This document shows positions 1 through 8,563 of a stretch of DNA of 57,662 nucleotides, piece after piece (within the stretch, counting starts at the first letter, position 1; the number at the start of each line of letters is the position of its first letter). The notes under the pieces were generated by a model. The model was not told the origin of the DNA, did no database searches, and saw only the letters and a list, made by a program, of their open reading frames with translations. This stretch comes from a bacterium (GTDB taxonomy: Bacteria > Patescibacteriota > Dojkabacteria > B142 > OLB20): assembly GCA_029567095.1 (NCBI GenBank), contig JAKQLP010000140.1:1-57662 (forward strand). The letters run 5' to 3'. Made by a program: the position numbers and the translations under genes.

Positions 1-1
1 T

Positions 2-700
2 CTTTATTTATTTCTTTTCCTAGCATCAATTCTACTTGGTATTAAACAGAAATGGGTTATGGCAGGATGCACTGGAGCTTTGTTATCAGCCACAAGAAAT
101 ACGGGGATCATGATAATTCCCATCTTGATAGCAATATATATAGAAAAGAAGTATCAGGATAAAAAATTCCCAGGCATTAATTTAAAACTTTTAAAAAGGT
201 TGGATCTTAAAGTGATATTTTCAATATTAATTGCAGGAAGTGGCCTTCTTGCCTTTATGATCTATCTTTACAATCTAGTCGGAGATCCTCTTGCGTTTAT
301 TAATATTCAACGTTACTGGGATAAACCTGTGAACGGGATATCTCCCCTACTAGCTATACCCTATTCTTTTATCAATTGGCAATTAGAAACCTCTTTAAAG
401 ATACATATATACAATCTTGGATATTTTTTTCTAGTAACTGGTCTGGGATTATGGGGATTTTTAAAAAAGAAACTTCCTTTATCTCAATTAGCAGTTCTAA
501 CTATTGTATTTATCCCCATGCTATCTGGCAGCATGCTGGCCTTACCCAGATATATTAGTGTTCTTTACCCAATGTATATGCTGGCAGGAATTGTATTAGC
601 AAAGTATAGGAAGATAAGTGGTCTGTTGTTACTACTTAGCGCCATCATGAGCATTATCATGCTTAACGCCTATGTCCATGGGCTTTGGATCACGGTTTAA
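2..700 (+). CDS. Polytopic membrane protein, C-terminal part (GT-C / PIG-V- or PMT-like glycosyltransferase); 5' end lies outside the window
   Basis: The frame of ORF 59..700 stays open back to nt 2, so the gene is cut by the window edge. The product is a run of hydrophobic helices with ALPRYISVLYPMYML near the C-terminus. The family guess rests on that motif only. Confidence 0.55.
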   Translation, partial: LYLFLFLASILLGIKQKWVMAGCTGALLSATRNTGIMIIPILIAIYIEKKYQDKKFPGINLKLLKRLDLKVIFSILIAGSGLLAFMIYLYNLVGDPLAFINIQRYWDKPVNGISPLLAIPYSFINWQLETSLKIHIYNLGYFFLVTGLGLWGFLKKKLPLSQLAVLTIVFIPMLSGSMLALPRYISVLYPMYMLAGIVLAKYRKISGLLLLLSAIMSIIMLNAYVHGLWITV

Positions 701-717
701 ATTTTAATATCTAGATT

Positions 718-1080
718 ATGGCTAAAAAACCAGATTTAAATGAAACCATTGCTGCCATTGAGAAATTTAGGACTGAAAGAGATTGGAAGCAATTTCACAA
801 TCCTAAGAATTTGGCTATAGCCTTGATGTGTGAAGCAAGCGAGGTCGCAGAGCATTTTATGTGGCAGAACATGGAAGAATCAAGAGCATACATTAAGGAT
901 AAAAAGAAATTAGCTGAACTTCAAACAGAACTAGCTGATGTTGCTATCTATCTTCTATTTCTGTGTCAGGAAGCAGGGGTTGATCTAGTGCAGATCATTA
1001 ACGAGAAGATGGAATTAAATAGTAAAAAATATCCAGTAGAAAAATCCAAAGGCTCTGCTTTGAAGTACAATAAGTTGTAA
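718..1080 (+). CDS. MazG-like nucleotide pyrophosphohydrolase (dCTP pyrophosphatase-like, all-alpha NTP-PPase)
   Basis: 120 aa. RDWKQFHNPKNLAIALMCEASEVAEHFMW ... ELADVAIYLLFL matches the small MazG/DCTPP1-type domain, including its EXXE acidic motifs. Confidence 0.8.
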   Translation: MAKKPDLNETIAAIEKFRTERDWKQFHNPKNLAIALMCEASEVAEHFMWQNMEESRAYIKDKKKLAELQTELADVAIYLLFLCQEAGVDLVQIINEKMELNSKKYPVEKSKGSALKYNKL

Positions 1081-1083
1081 GGA

Positions 1084-1347
1084 TCAACGAAACCTCTGTT
1101 GCAAAAATTCTAAAGATCTTTGCAGATCATCCATTTTAAACTTCAGATTTCTTACCTGCCCAGCATTGAGATCGTTGGAAACCGATCGCACTGAAGTACT
1201 CAGAGTCTCCAATTGTCTGTATAGGGTTTGCCCTCTATTTACATTGAGATCCGTACAAATGGAATTGATGAGTTTGTAAAGCTCTTCAATCCTTTCATTG
1301 GTAGTATTTATCTGTTTTACCAGAAAACGATACTCCTCTGTTGTCAT
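1084..1347 (-). CDS. Hypothetical coiled-coil protein
   Basis: 87 aa ORF that exactly fills the gap between flanking genes. Heptad-like, charged sequence. No recognisable domain. Confidence 0.45.
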   Translation of the reverse strand: MTTEEYRFLVKQINTTNERIEELYKLINSICTDLNVNRGQTLYRQLETLSTSVRSVSNDLNAGQVRNLKFKMDDLQRSLEFLQQRFR

Positions 1348-1399
1348 TGTATGGTTTTGCTAAAATATGGAATGCTTCTACTTAACAAAACGCAAGATT

Positions 1400-2134
1400 A
1401 TGAAAAATTTACAAAAAGCTAATGAGGTAATTGGGAATTTAAAGAAATTGGGTAGTAAAGAAAAAGCCAAGATATTAATGAGATTTTTTAAAACTGGTAA
1501 GGGACAATATGCTGAGGGAGATATATTTTGGGGCATAAATGTCCCAAGTATCAGGGTCATTGCAAAGCAGGCTAAAGAGATTGAATTAGATGAGGCTGTT
1601 AAGCTCATAAAAGATCCTGTCCATGAGGTGAGGCTATGTGGTTTGTTGATATTTGTTTACAAATTTAATAAAGCTGATGAGGCCCTTAGAAATGAGATAT
1701 TCAGTATTTATCTAAATAATAGAAAATATATTAATAATTGGGATCTTGTTGGTGTTACCTGCCCCAATATTGTAGGGAACTATTTGTTAGATAAAGATCG
1801 GACAATCCTATATGATTTGGCACGAAGCAATGATCTATGGGAGCAAAGGATAGCAATAATATCTACATTCGCATTCATCAAAAGAAATGATTTTGCTGAT
1901 GCCATTAATATTTGTGAATTATTAATGTTTAATAAGCAGGATCTAATTCATAAGGCTACCGGCTGGATGTTAAGAGAGATCTATAAAAGGGATAAGGAAC
2001 CAGTTTTAAAAGTGCTTGATGAATATGCTGCAACTATGCCCCGAACTATGTTGCGCTATAGCATTGAGAAGATGGACAAGCCTTTAAGGCTTCACTATTT
2101 GCAACTTAGGGATAAAACGTCTAAACTAAATTAA
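1400..2134 (+). CDS. DNA alkylation repair protein (AlkD-like HEAT-repeat family)
   Basis: RFFKTGKGQYAEGDIFWGINVPSIRVIAKQ and NNWDLVG...WMLREI are typical of the DNA alkylation repair enzyme family. The track start 1367 is probably over-extended; ATG at 1400 (MKNLQK) gives the usual N-terminus. Confidence 0.8.
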   Translation: MKNLQKANEVIGNLKKLGSKEKAKILMRFFKTGKGQYAEGDIFWGINVPSIRVIAKQAKEIELDEAVKLIKDPVHEVRLCGLLIFVYKFNKADEALRNEIFSIYLNNRKYINNWDLVGVTCPNIVGNYLLDKDRTILYDLARSNDLWEQRIAIISTFAFIKRNDFADAINICELLMFNKQDLIHKATGWMLREIYKRDKEPVLKVLDEYAATMPRTMLRYSIEKMDKPLRLHYLQLRDKTSKLN

Positions 2135-2148
2135 TTGAATGTATAAAA

Positions 2149-3129
2149 ATGGTAATGCCTCCTGCTCAGACAACACCACAACCAATGGGGAATCCGGTTC
2201 CTGTACAACCAGCTCCTCCTACACCTTTACCTGTTGAGCCTGCAGTAAAGATTGAGTTCAAACCTCCTACTCCTGTGGTGAGTCCAGCACCTGCGGTTGT
2301 AAAGAGTGATAATAAGTTTCAAATAATAATCATACTGCTCTTATTAATTTTAATTTCGCTAGTCTTTGGTTTTGCTGTAATCTTCTATTACCAATTGCAG
2401 AAAGATTCATTGCCTTTAATTAAAAATGATGAGCAGTCTCAGGACCCACAACAAACATCACCAACTCCATCAACATCGAGTGTTGATGCTACGGGAGCAT
2501 TCTCTGTCGAGTTGCCAAGGGATAATGATTTAGTTAATGGAGAGATTAAAGTCCATTTTAAGTATTCAGGGCAGATCGATGCTTTAAAAGTATCTATTTA
2601 TGATGAGAACGATGTCTTATTAGGTAGTTCTGATCAGCAATTGGATGAAGTTAGTTCTGAAAATTTGAAACAAATTAATCTTGATATTGAAAAATCTCCT
2701 ACAGCAACCTCTGGTTCAATCAAATTGATACCTGTGTATAGGAATAGCGAACTAGCAAACTTAACTAAAGAAGTTAATGTAAGGTTTTTAACTCTGGAAG
2801 CTGGTGACAGAATTAAACTCTATTCCCCAATCTTAAGACAGATCATTTCCAAGACCAAACCAGAACTGCAATTGAGTGGCGAGATGCATAATTTCTTTGA
2901 GGGCTTGATGAATTATAGATTGGTAAGCTCAGCTGGAACTTTGCTTAAGCAGGGATATATCCAGGCTAGCGAAGATAATTATGCAGACTTTGTAGTGTTT
3001 CAGGAGCAATTGACAATAGATCCTTTCCCAGCAAATACTAGTGATAATGGCAGATTGGAGTTATACGAGGTAAGTATGCAGGATGGCAGTGAAAAAGTCT
3101 TGTTAAGTGTTCCTTTAAGATTCAAATGA
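2149..3129 (+). CDS. Membrane-anchored protein with Pro-rich N-terminus and C-terminal Gmad2-like Ig-fold domain
   Basis: A Pro/Thr-rich first 55 aa, one TM helix (FQIIIILLLLILISLVFGFAVIFYY), then a beta-rich ectodomain. Its tail (FFEGLMNYRLVSSAGTLL...LELYEVSMQDGSEKVLLSVPLRF) resembles Gmad2 domains. Confidence 0.55.
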   Translation: MVMPPAQTTPQPMGNPVPVQPAPPTPLPVEPAVKIEFKPPTPVVSPAPAVVKSDNKFQIIIILLLLILISLVFGFAVIFYYQLQKDSLPLIKNDEQSQDPQQTSPTPSTSSVDATGAFSVELPRDNDLVNGEIKVHFKYSGQIDALKVSIYDENDVLLGSSDQQLDEVSSENLKQINLDIEKSPTATSGSIKLIPVYRNSELANLTKEVNVRFLTLEAGDRIKLYSPILRQIISKTKPELQLSGEMHNFFEGLMNYRLVSSAGTLLKQGYIQASEDNYADFVVFQEQLTIDPFPANTSDNGRLELYEVSMQDGSEKVLLSVPLRFK

Positions 3130-3465
3130 TCAATCTATATAGCTTTTCCAGCTTTGAGACGCCACATCCATAGATATCCTTCTTTGTTCTTCTAAAGGTT
3201 TTGTGCAATTAGCCATGTCTCCTATTGTTTGGGTTAGATTAATGCTTTCAAAAGAGCGGTTAGGTTCTAGGTCCATGAATAGAGTGCGGAGTCTAGAAAG
3301 AGTCATGGTGGCTGTAGGTTTATTCCCCGCCAGTTTTCTTGAACAGAGTTTAATAAAGGGACAAGCTTGACACAATTGGATCCGATATTCAGGTTTGCTT
3401 AGAACCTCTTTAGGATGGATAACTATATTTTCACCTTGTTTTGAAACTTGTAACTGTCTTAACAT
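3130..3465 (-). CDS. Hypothetical small Cys-containing protein (CxxCPF motif)
   Basis: 111 aa on the same strand as pyrG and tightly packed. Contains LCQACPFIKLC. No domain recognised. Confidence 0.45.
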   Translation of the reverse strand: MLRQLQVSKQGENIVIHPKEVLSKPEYRIQLCQACPFIKLCSRKLAGNKPTATMTLSRLRTLFMDLEPNRSFESINLTQTIGDMANCTKPLEEQRRISMDVASQSWKSYID

Positions 3466-3489
3466 TAGTATAATTACTTAATATATTAA

Positions 3490-3744
3490 TTATATCACTG
3501 AACACTTTCTAATTCCATCAAGAGTTGATAGAGTATATTTGTCAACCATATTAGTAGGCATTGTTATATATGGAACTCCATTAGTTATTCCACTGCATAT
3601 TGCCCCTTCGCTTTTAAGTAATTGGGCACAGATATCGCAAAGCCCGAGCTTGATCAAGTCCTGTCTGGGGACGTTTTCAATATAGAATCGGGTTTCCAGA
3701 CAATTGAGCTGGAAGCGGCTATCTCTAATATATGATTGTCGCAT
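3490..3744 (-). CDS. Hypothetical small Cys-containing protein, translationally coupled to pyrG
   Basis: 84 aa. Its ATG (3744..3742) overlaps the pyrG TAA (3746..3744) as TAATG. Five Cys residues. No domain recognised. Confidence 0.45.
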   Translation of the reverse strand: MRQSYIRDSRFQLNCLETRFYIENVPRQDLIKLGLCDICAQLLKSEGAICSGITNGVPYITMPTNMVDKYTLSTLDGIRKCSVI

Positions 3745-5417
3745 TAAGCTTGTTTAAAAATTAAAGCTTGTTGTAGTAATTCCAGAAATAGTCCGTGAGG
3801 CTTCCAAGGGGTGGACTTGTATTCCGGATGAGCTTGAGTAGCTATAAAAAAGGGATGTATTGTTTTTGGTAATTCGATCATCTCCACAAAGAAATTATCT
3901 CTAGATGTCCCACTAATGATTAAACCCTGCTTCTCCAGCTCTTTACGATAATCATTATTAAATTCAAAACGATGCCTATGTCTTTCACTAATTACACCCT
4001 TTTTTCCCTGCCACTGATCATATTTATCATAAACTTGATAAGCTATAGTTCCCTTTTTAATCAAACAGTCGAAAGAACCTAATCTCATACTGGTACCGTC
4101 TCCCTTGATCCTTTGATATTTTTCATTGAAGGGAATACTGTGAATGATTTTATGCTTGCTTTTAGTATCTACTTCTTCACTATGTGCGTCTTTATAGCCT
4201 AATATGTTTCTGGCATATTCGACACAAGCTAATTGCATACCATAGCATAGTCCTAAATATGGGATTTTGTTCTCTCTAGCATATCTAATAGCAGTAATTT
4301 TCCCTTCAACTCCCCTACTGCCCCAGCCTATTGGCACTATAATCGCATGAGAGCCCTCAAGCAGTTTAGTCCCTTGGTTCTCAATATCTTCGGTGTTAAC
4401 ATATCTGAGATCGACTTCAATACCACTTTTCCATGAAGCATGTTTTATAGCTTCAATAAGAGCAAAATATGAATCTGCCAACTGATGGTCTCCGCTTTTA
4501 AAATATTTCCCGGCAATAGTTAATTGGATTTTATTACTTGGTTTTTGGTATAAAAATGAAAGATCGCTTTTTAATTTCTCGAGATCTAAATTTTTAACTG
4601 GTAATCCCAAATCCTTGATCAAAGTCTCATCAAACTTTTGTTTAGCAAATTCAATTGGCACTTTATATATATTATCCAGATCCTCAGCTCCGATACTGTG
4701 ATCTTTATCAAGATCGCTGAATCGAGCTAATAATTCTCTTCTTCTGCTATCAATTTTCTCTGACCCTCTAACTACTAGAAAATCAGGCATAATACCATGA
4801 CTCATTAGTAGTCTGATCGAGATCTGAACAGGCTTGGTTTTGGGCTCACCTAGATGTTTGGGGAAGATGATGTATCCTACATGTATATGTAGAACAGATC
4901 CTGGGAACATGCTTTTCATCTTCCTTATCGCTTCATAATAGATGGCATTCATGGAGTTCGTTGGCTCTCCTACTGTGCCTCCCAATTCTGTAAAAACAAT
5001 ATCCGCTTGATCCTTTTGACCTGCTTTAATTATTTCTGAGATGATCTCATCCCGAACATGAGGAATAGGCTCAACGTCCTCGCCTTTGTAATACATTGAT
5101 CTTTCTTTAATTAGAACATCATTTAAAACTTTTCCAAAGGTATAGAAATTGTGTTCCAGCATTTCCTGTCCCCAATATCTCTCGTATGTTCCTAGATCCA
5201 TATCGGCTTCTGTTCCATCTGCGCATAAGAAAGGATCCCCGTGTTCTATTGGGTTGATTGTGCCGGCATCAACATTTAAATATCCCTCATATTTTACTGC
5301 GCTTACTTTGTACCCTCTCTCCTTGAGTAGAAAGCCTAAGGAGGCTGTGGCTACGCCTTTCCCGACACTGGACATAACACCTCCAGTGACAAAGATGTAT
5401 TTACATTTGCTTTGCAT
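3744..5417 (-). CDS. pyrG: CTP synthase
   Basis: YIFVTGGVMSSVGKG P-loop-like N-terminus, and a C-terminal glutamine amidotransferase domain with GLCYGMQ and HRHRFEFN. The track ORF extends to 5462, but MQSKCKYIFVTGG at 5417 matches the canonical N-terminus. Confidence 0.96.
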   Translation of the reverse strand: MQSKCKYIFVTGGVMSSVGKGVATASLGFLLKERGYKVSAVKYEGYLNVDAGTINPIEHGDPFLCADGTEADMDLGTYERYWGQEMLEHNFYTFGKVLNDVLIKERSMYYKGEDVEPIPHVRDEIISEIIKAGQKDQADIVFTELGGTVGEPTNSMNAIYYEAIRKMKSMFPGSVLHIHVGYIIFPKHLGEPKTKPVQISIRLLMSHGIMPDFLVVRGSEKIDSRRRELLARFSDLDKDHSIGAEDLDNIYKVPIEFAKQKFDETLIKDLGLPVKNLDLEKLKSDLSFLYQKPSNKIQLTIAGKYFKSGDHQLADSYFALIEAIKHASWKSGIEVDLRYVNTEDIENQGTKLLEGSHAIIVPIGWGSRGVEGKITAIRYARENKIPYLGLCYGMQLACVEYARNILGYKDAHSEEVDTKSKHKIIHSIPFNEKYQRIKGDGTSMRLGSFDCLIKKGTIAYQVYDKYDQWQGKKGVISERHRHRFEFNNDYRKELEKQGLIISGTSRDNFFVEMIELPKTIHPFFIATQAHPEYKSTPWKPHGLFLELLQQALIFKQA

Positions 5418-5530
5418 GATTAAAGTGATAAATTTAGGGAAGACTTTTTTAGAGGTCTTCAATCATGCTATCACTAACCCTTTGTTCTGGCAAGATAAGA
5501 CTTGATTGAACAGGTATAATTAAAGAACAA

Positions 5531-5776
5531 ATGTTGTATAATTTAATTATTGAGATTAAATTCATGTTAAAAAAACTGATTGCCCCTCTTCAAAAGATAA
5601 TACTCCAAAAAAAATACTGTCCTGCCTGCACTAGGTCTTTAACAAGGGCCAAGATAATGGCCGAAAATGATGTCGAAAAACTGGTAGCATGTAAATGTAA
5701 AAGGATTTTTGTGCATGATCTGGAAACAGACACTTTCCATAGAGCCCTACTCTCTGATATTAGAAGGATTAAGTAA
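5531..5776 (+). CDS. Hypothetical small protein with CPAC...CKC zinc-ribbon-like spacing
   Basis: 81 aa ORF. An internal ATG at 5564 (MLKKLI) is a likelier start. Its stop overlaps the uvrC ATG by 1 nt. Confidence 0.4.
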   Translation: MLYNLIIEIKFMLKKLIAPLQKIILQKKYCPACTRSLTRAKIMAENDVEKLVACKCKRIFVHDLETDTFHRALLSDIRRIK

Positions 5777-7290
5777 TGTATCCCAGTACTACTCTCAAGA
5801 AAAAGATCGAGGAAGCTCCTCTTGCTCCCGGCTGCTATATCTACCGTGATCAGGAAAAAAATGTCATTTATGTCGGCAAAGCTTTGGTTTTAAGAGAGCG
5901 GGTCAAGCAGTATTTTGCTGCGGCAAGAGAGCTGGGGCCTCGTATTGAAAGGATGGTGAATAAGATCAAGGATGTGGAGTTCGTGATCACAGATTCAGAA
6001 CTGGAAGCTTTGGTACTAGAGACTAATCTTATTAAACGCTACAAACCCAAATACAATGTTTTAAGAAAAGACGATAAGAACTATATGTATCTACGCCTTG
6101 ATCACAAGCAGTCTTTCCCCAAATTTGAATACTTAAGAGAGAAGCCTCAGGATAAGGCTAAATACTGGGGACCATATATGAATGGAGGCCCTATTAAGAA
6201 AACATTAAAGCTACTTAGAGAGATATTCCCTTATCGTACCTGTAATAGAAAGATTGTTGAAAAGAACGGAAAAATTACCTCATCTGATCCAAAACCTTGT
6301 CTTTATTACTTTTTAGGTTTATGCCAGGCTCCCTGCGCAGGCTTTATTACTTCTAGTGAATACAAAGCCAGTATTAAAAATATTGAAAAATATTTAGATA
6401 ATAGACTCTCTCTAATTATCAAGCAATTAGAAGTAAAGATGAAGCATGCTGCTGGAGAGAAGGATTTTGAACTAGCGGCAGAGATTCGAGATAAGATTCA
6501 AGATTTGAAATACATCTCCCAGAAAGTTGATGTTGATCCTAGAACTGATGAGCATATCTTTAGGAAAATCAAATCAACTCAAAACTATTTAGCATTATCA
6601 CAATTATTAGATCTGATCGACAAGACAATTGAAAGCAAAAGTGGATTTAAGATCGAATGTTATGACATTTCCAATATACAAGGCACTAATGCTGTAGGTT
6701 CAATGGTTGTATTCATTGACGGCATGCCTCAGAAGAGACTGTATAGGAAGTTTAGGATCAAAACAAAGTCTACTCCAGATGATTTTGGAATGTTACAGGA
6801 AGTGTTAAAAAGAAGATTTAAAAAAGATAATAGTGAGTCCAAAGATGAATCGTTCAATAGAAAACCAGACCTGATAGTTATTGATGGAGGCAAGGGGCAA
6901 TTGTCTGCTGTAGATTCTGTTATGAAGGAATTAGGTATTGAATTACCTCTAGTAGGACTTGCTAAAAGAAATGAAGATATTTTTAAAATCGAAGCAGGTG
7001 AATTCATTAAAATAGAGCTCCCGAAAGGTAGTGAGGCTAGATTCTTAATGCAACGTATAAGAGATGAAACCCATCGTTTTGGGATTGATTATCACAGAAA
7101 GTTAAGGGAAAAGGCCCAAAAGTTTTCTCTTATCAATGAGATCCCTGGGGTAGGTAAAGTATTAGGTATAAAATTACTTAAAGCTTTCGGTAGCCTAGAG
7201 GGGCTACGTAAAGCCTCAAAGCAGGAAATTTATGCAGTAGTGCATAATAAAAGAACTGTGGACAATATTATTAAGCTTCTTTCAGCCTAA
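5776..7290 (+). CDS. uvrC: Excinuclease ABC subunit C (compact form)
   Basis: GIY-YIG N-terminus (GCYIYRDQEKNVIYVGKA...YNVLRKDDKNY), UVR motif (EKDFELAAEIRDKIQDLK), RNase H-like endonuclease domain (IECYDISN...VIDGGKGQL) and a C-terminal HhH pair. At 504 aa it is about 100 aa shorter than typical UvrC. Confidence 0.93.
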   Translation: MYPSTTLKKKIEEAPLAPGCYIYRDQEKNVIYVGKALVLRERVKQYFAAARELGPRIERMVNKIKDVEFVITDSELEALVLETNLIKRYKPKYNVLRKDDKNYMYLRLDHKQSFPKFEYLREKPQDKAKYWGPYMNGGPIKKTLKLLREIFPYRTCNRKIVEKNGKITSSDPKPCLYYFLGLCQAPCAGFITSSEYKASIKNIEKYLDNRLSLIIKQLEVKMKHAAGEKDFELAAEIRDKIQDLKYISQKVDVDPRTDEHIFRKIKSTQNYLALSQLLDLIDKTIESKSGFKIECYDISNIQGTNAVGSMVVFIDGMPQKRLYRKFRIKTKSTPDDFGMLQEVLKRRFKKDNSESKDESFNRKPDLIVIDGGKGQLSAVDSVMKELGIELPLVGLAKRNEDIFKIEAGEFIKIELPKGSEARFLMQRIRDETHRFGIDYHRKLREKAQKFSLINEIPGVGKVLGIKLLKAFGSLEGLRKASKQEIYAVVHNKRTVDNIIKLLSA

Positions 7291-8330
7291 CGATTAAGCA
7301 GTAAGTATTTAGTTCCTCTACCCCGCCCTTCTACTCTTAATAATTTTTTCTCCACTAGATCGGTTAAATCTCTAAAGGCGGTCATAGTAGAGACATCCAT
7401 CATTTGAACATAATCCTCTCTCTTAACCGTAGGGATAGTTTGTAAGTAACGTAAGATTTTCAATTGCCTACGATTTAGATCTAGAAAAGGCTGCTTGCTG
7501 GTATTCTTTGAAGTATTAACTAGGCCTAGGATCTTATCTTTATCTTCTTTAACTGCTGCGTTCAAATTGAGTATAAACCTTTCTAGCCAATTAGAACTAT
7601 CCTGATCTTCGATACATTTCTGCCATATCTTGATGTTCTCCTGATTATGCTGGTCCAATTCTCTAACTATAGGCAAGAATGTTTGGGTAAGATAACCGTA
7701 TTTGTACAATAGAAGATCGATTATAGCGATTATTGTGATTTGATTAAGGTGAGAAAATGGCGCCATTCTAACCAACTCTAGAAACAATACTCCAATCCTA
7801 ATAAGGTTATGGACGCGGCCTTGAGAAGTTTTGAACCAAAAGAGTATCTCATTTAATTTTGATTCCAGTTCAAACATGGTTATGGATTTATCCCTTATTT
7901 GTACCCACCCATCCATGCTGCTATCTACTTCATTGGAATCCAATCTTAATTTAGCCTCCCATACTTCTTTCCATTCTGTGATCAAGATCTTGTTCATATG
8001 TAAAAGCATATTCACATCAGGTTCAAGCTGAGATCTAGTTACATCAGAACGGACAAATTCCATGGCACTCCTAAAATTATTTAGGATCAGGCCTCTAGCA
8101 TCATTAGTTGTAATCTTTTTCCCTTCCACAGCTTTCTCGGCATCTTTAATTGTTAGATCAACTCCGATCATATGAGCTAAATGGAACATATTCACCGCTT
8201 TAGATTTTTTTAGTAGTTCTTTGGAAGTTTGGGCGGGAAATTCAGCATTATCTAATTTAGTCTTAGATTGCTCTAATTCACTTATCTCTAAAAGCAGGAC
8301 ATCACTGATTTTGTATTTGGGTTCATACAT
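7287..8330 (-). CDS. Fic-domain protein with degenerate active-site motif and C-terminal winged-helix domain
   Basis: Fido-like helical core and a C-terminal wHTH (LKILRYLQ...FRDLTDLVEKKLL...GRGRGTKY). The position of HPFxxGNGR reads APFSHLNQI. Confidence 0.7.
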   Translation of the reverse strand: MYEPKYKISDVLLLEISELEQSKTKLDNAEFPAQTSKELLKKSKAVNMFHLAHMIGVDLTIKDAEKAVEGKKITTNDARGLILNNFRSAMEFVRSDVTRSQLEPDVNMLLHMNKILITEWKEVWEAKLRLDSNEVDSSMDGWVQIRDKSITMFELESKLNEILFWFKTSQGRVHNLIRIGVLFLELVRMAPFSHLNQITIIAIIDLLLYKYGYLTQTFLPIVRELDQHNQENIKIWQKCIEDQDSSNWLERFILNLNAAVKEDKDKILGLVNTSKNTSKQPFLDLNRRQLKILRYLQTIPTVKREDYVQMMDVSTMTAFRDLTDLVEKKLLRVEGRGRGTKYLLLNR

Positions 8331-8370
8331 GATTTTTGAAGTTAAAAAGTATTGGAGCAGTTTTATTATA

Positions 8371-8443
8371 AGCCGACTGCGAGAATCGAACTCACAACCT
8401 ACGGTTTACGATACCGTTGCTCTACCAATTGAGCTAAGTCGGC
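8371..8443 (-). tRNA. tRNA-Thr (anticodon CGU)
   Basis: The reverse complement folds as a cloverleaf: GCCGACT/AGTCGGC acceptor, GCTC/GAGC D stem, ACGGT-ATCGTAA-ACCGT anticodon arm, GTGAG-TTCGATT-CTCGC T arm. CCA is not encoded. Confidence 0.9.
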
Positions 8444-8563
8444 AATAGATAATATTAATGTATCATTATTTGTTATGATTTGCAAATGCAAGGCATATAT
8501 ACTCCAGATATATTAAAATATAAATAGTAATGATATAATTGATCTGTTTAAAATGATTTCCAA

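Noticed and set aside
5440-5461. GAAGAC-N10-GTCTTC hairpin upstream of pyrG as an attenuator
   Set aside because: It is only a 6-bp stem with no U-tract or alternative structure. It lies within the over-extended part of the track ORF. The evidence is insufficient.
8221-8448. Track ORFs overlapping tRNA genes (8221..8448 over tRNA-Thr; 11824..12018 over tRNA-Gly; 37236..37505 over tRNA-Ser)
   Set aside because: Each reads through a well-folded tRNA gene on the opposite strand, and each has an implausible sequence. They are spurious.
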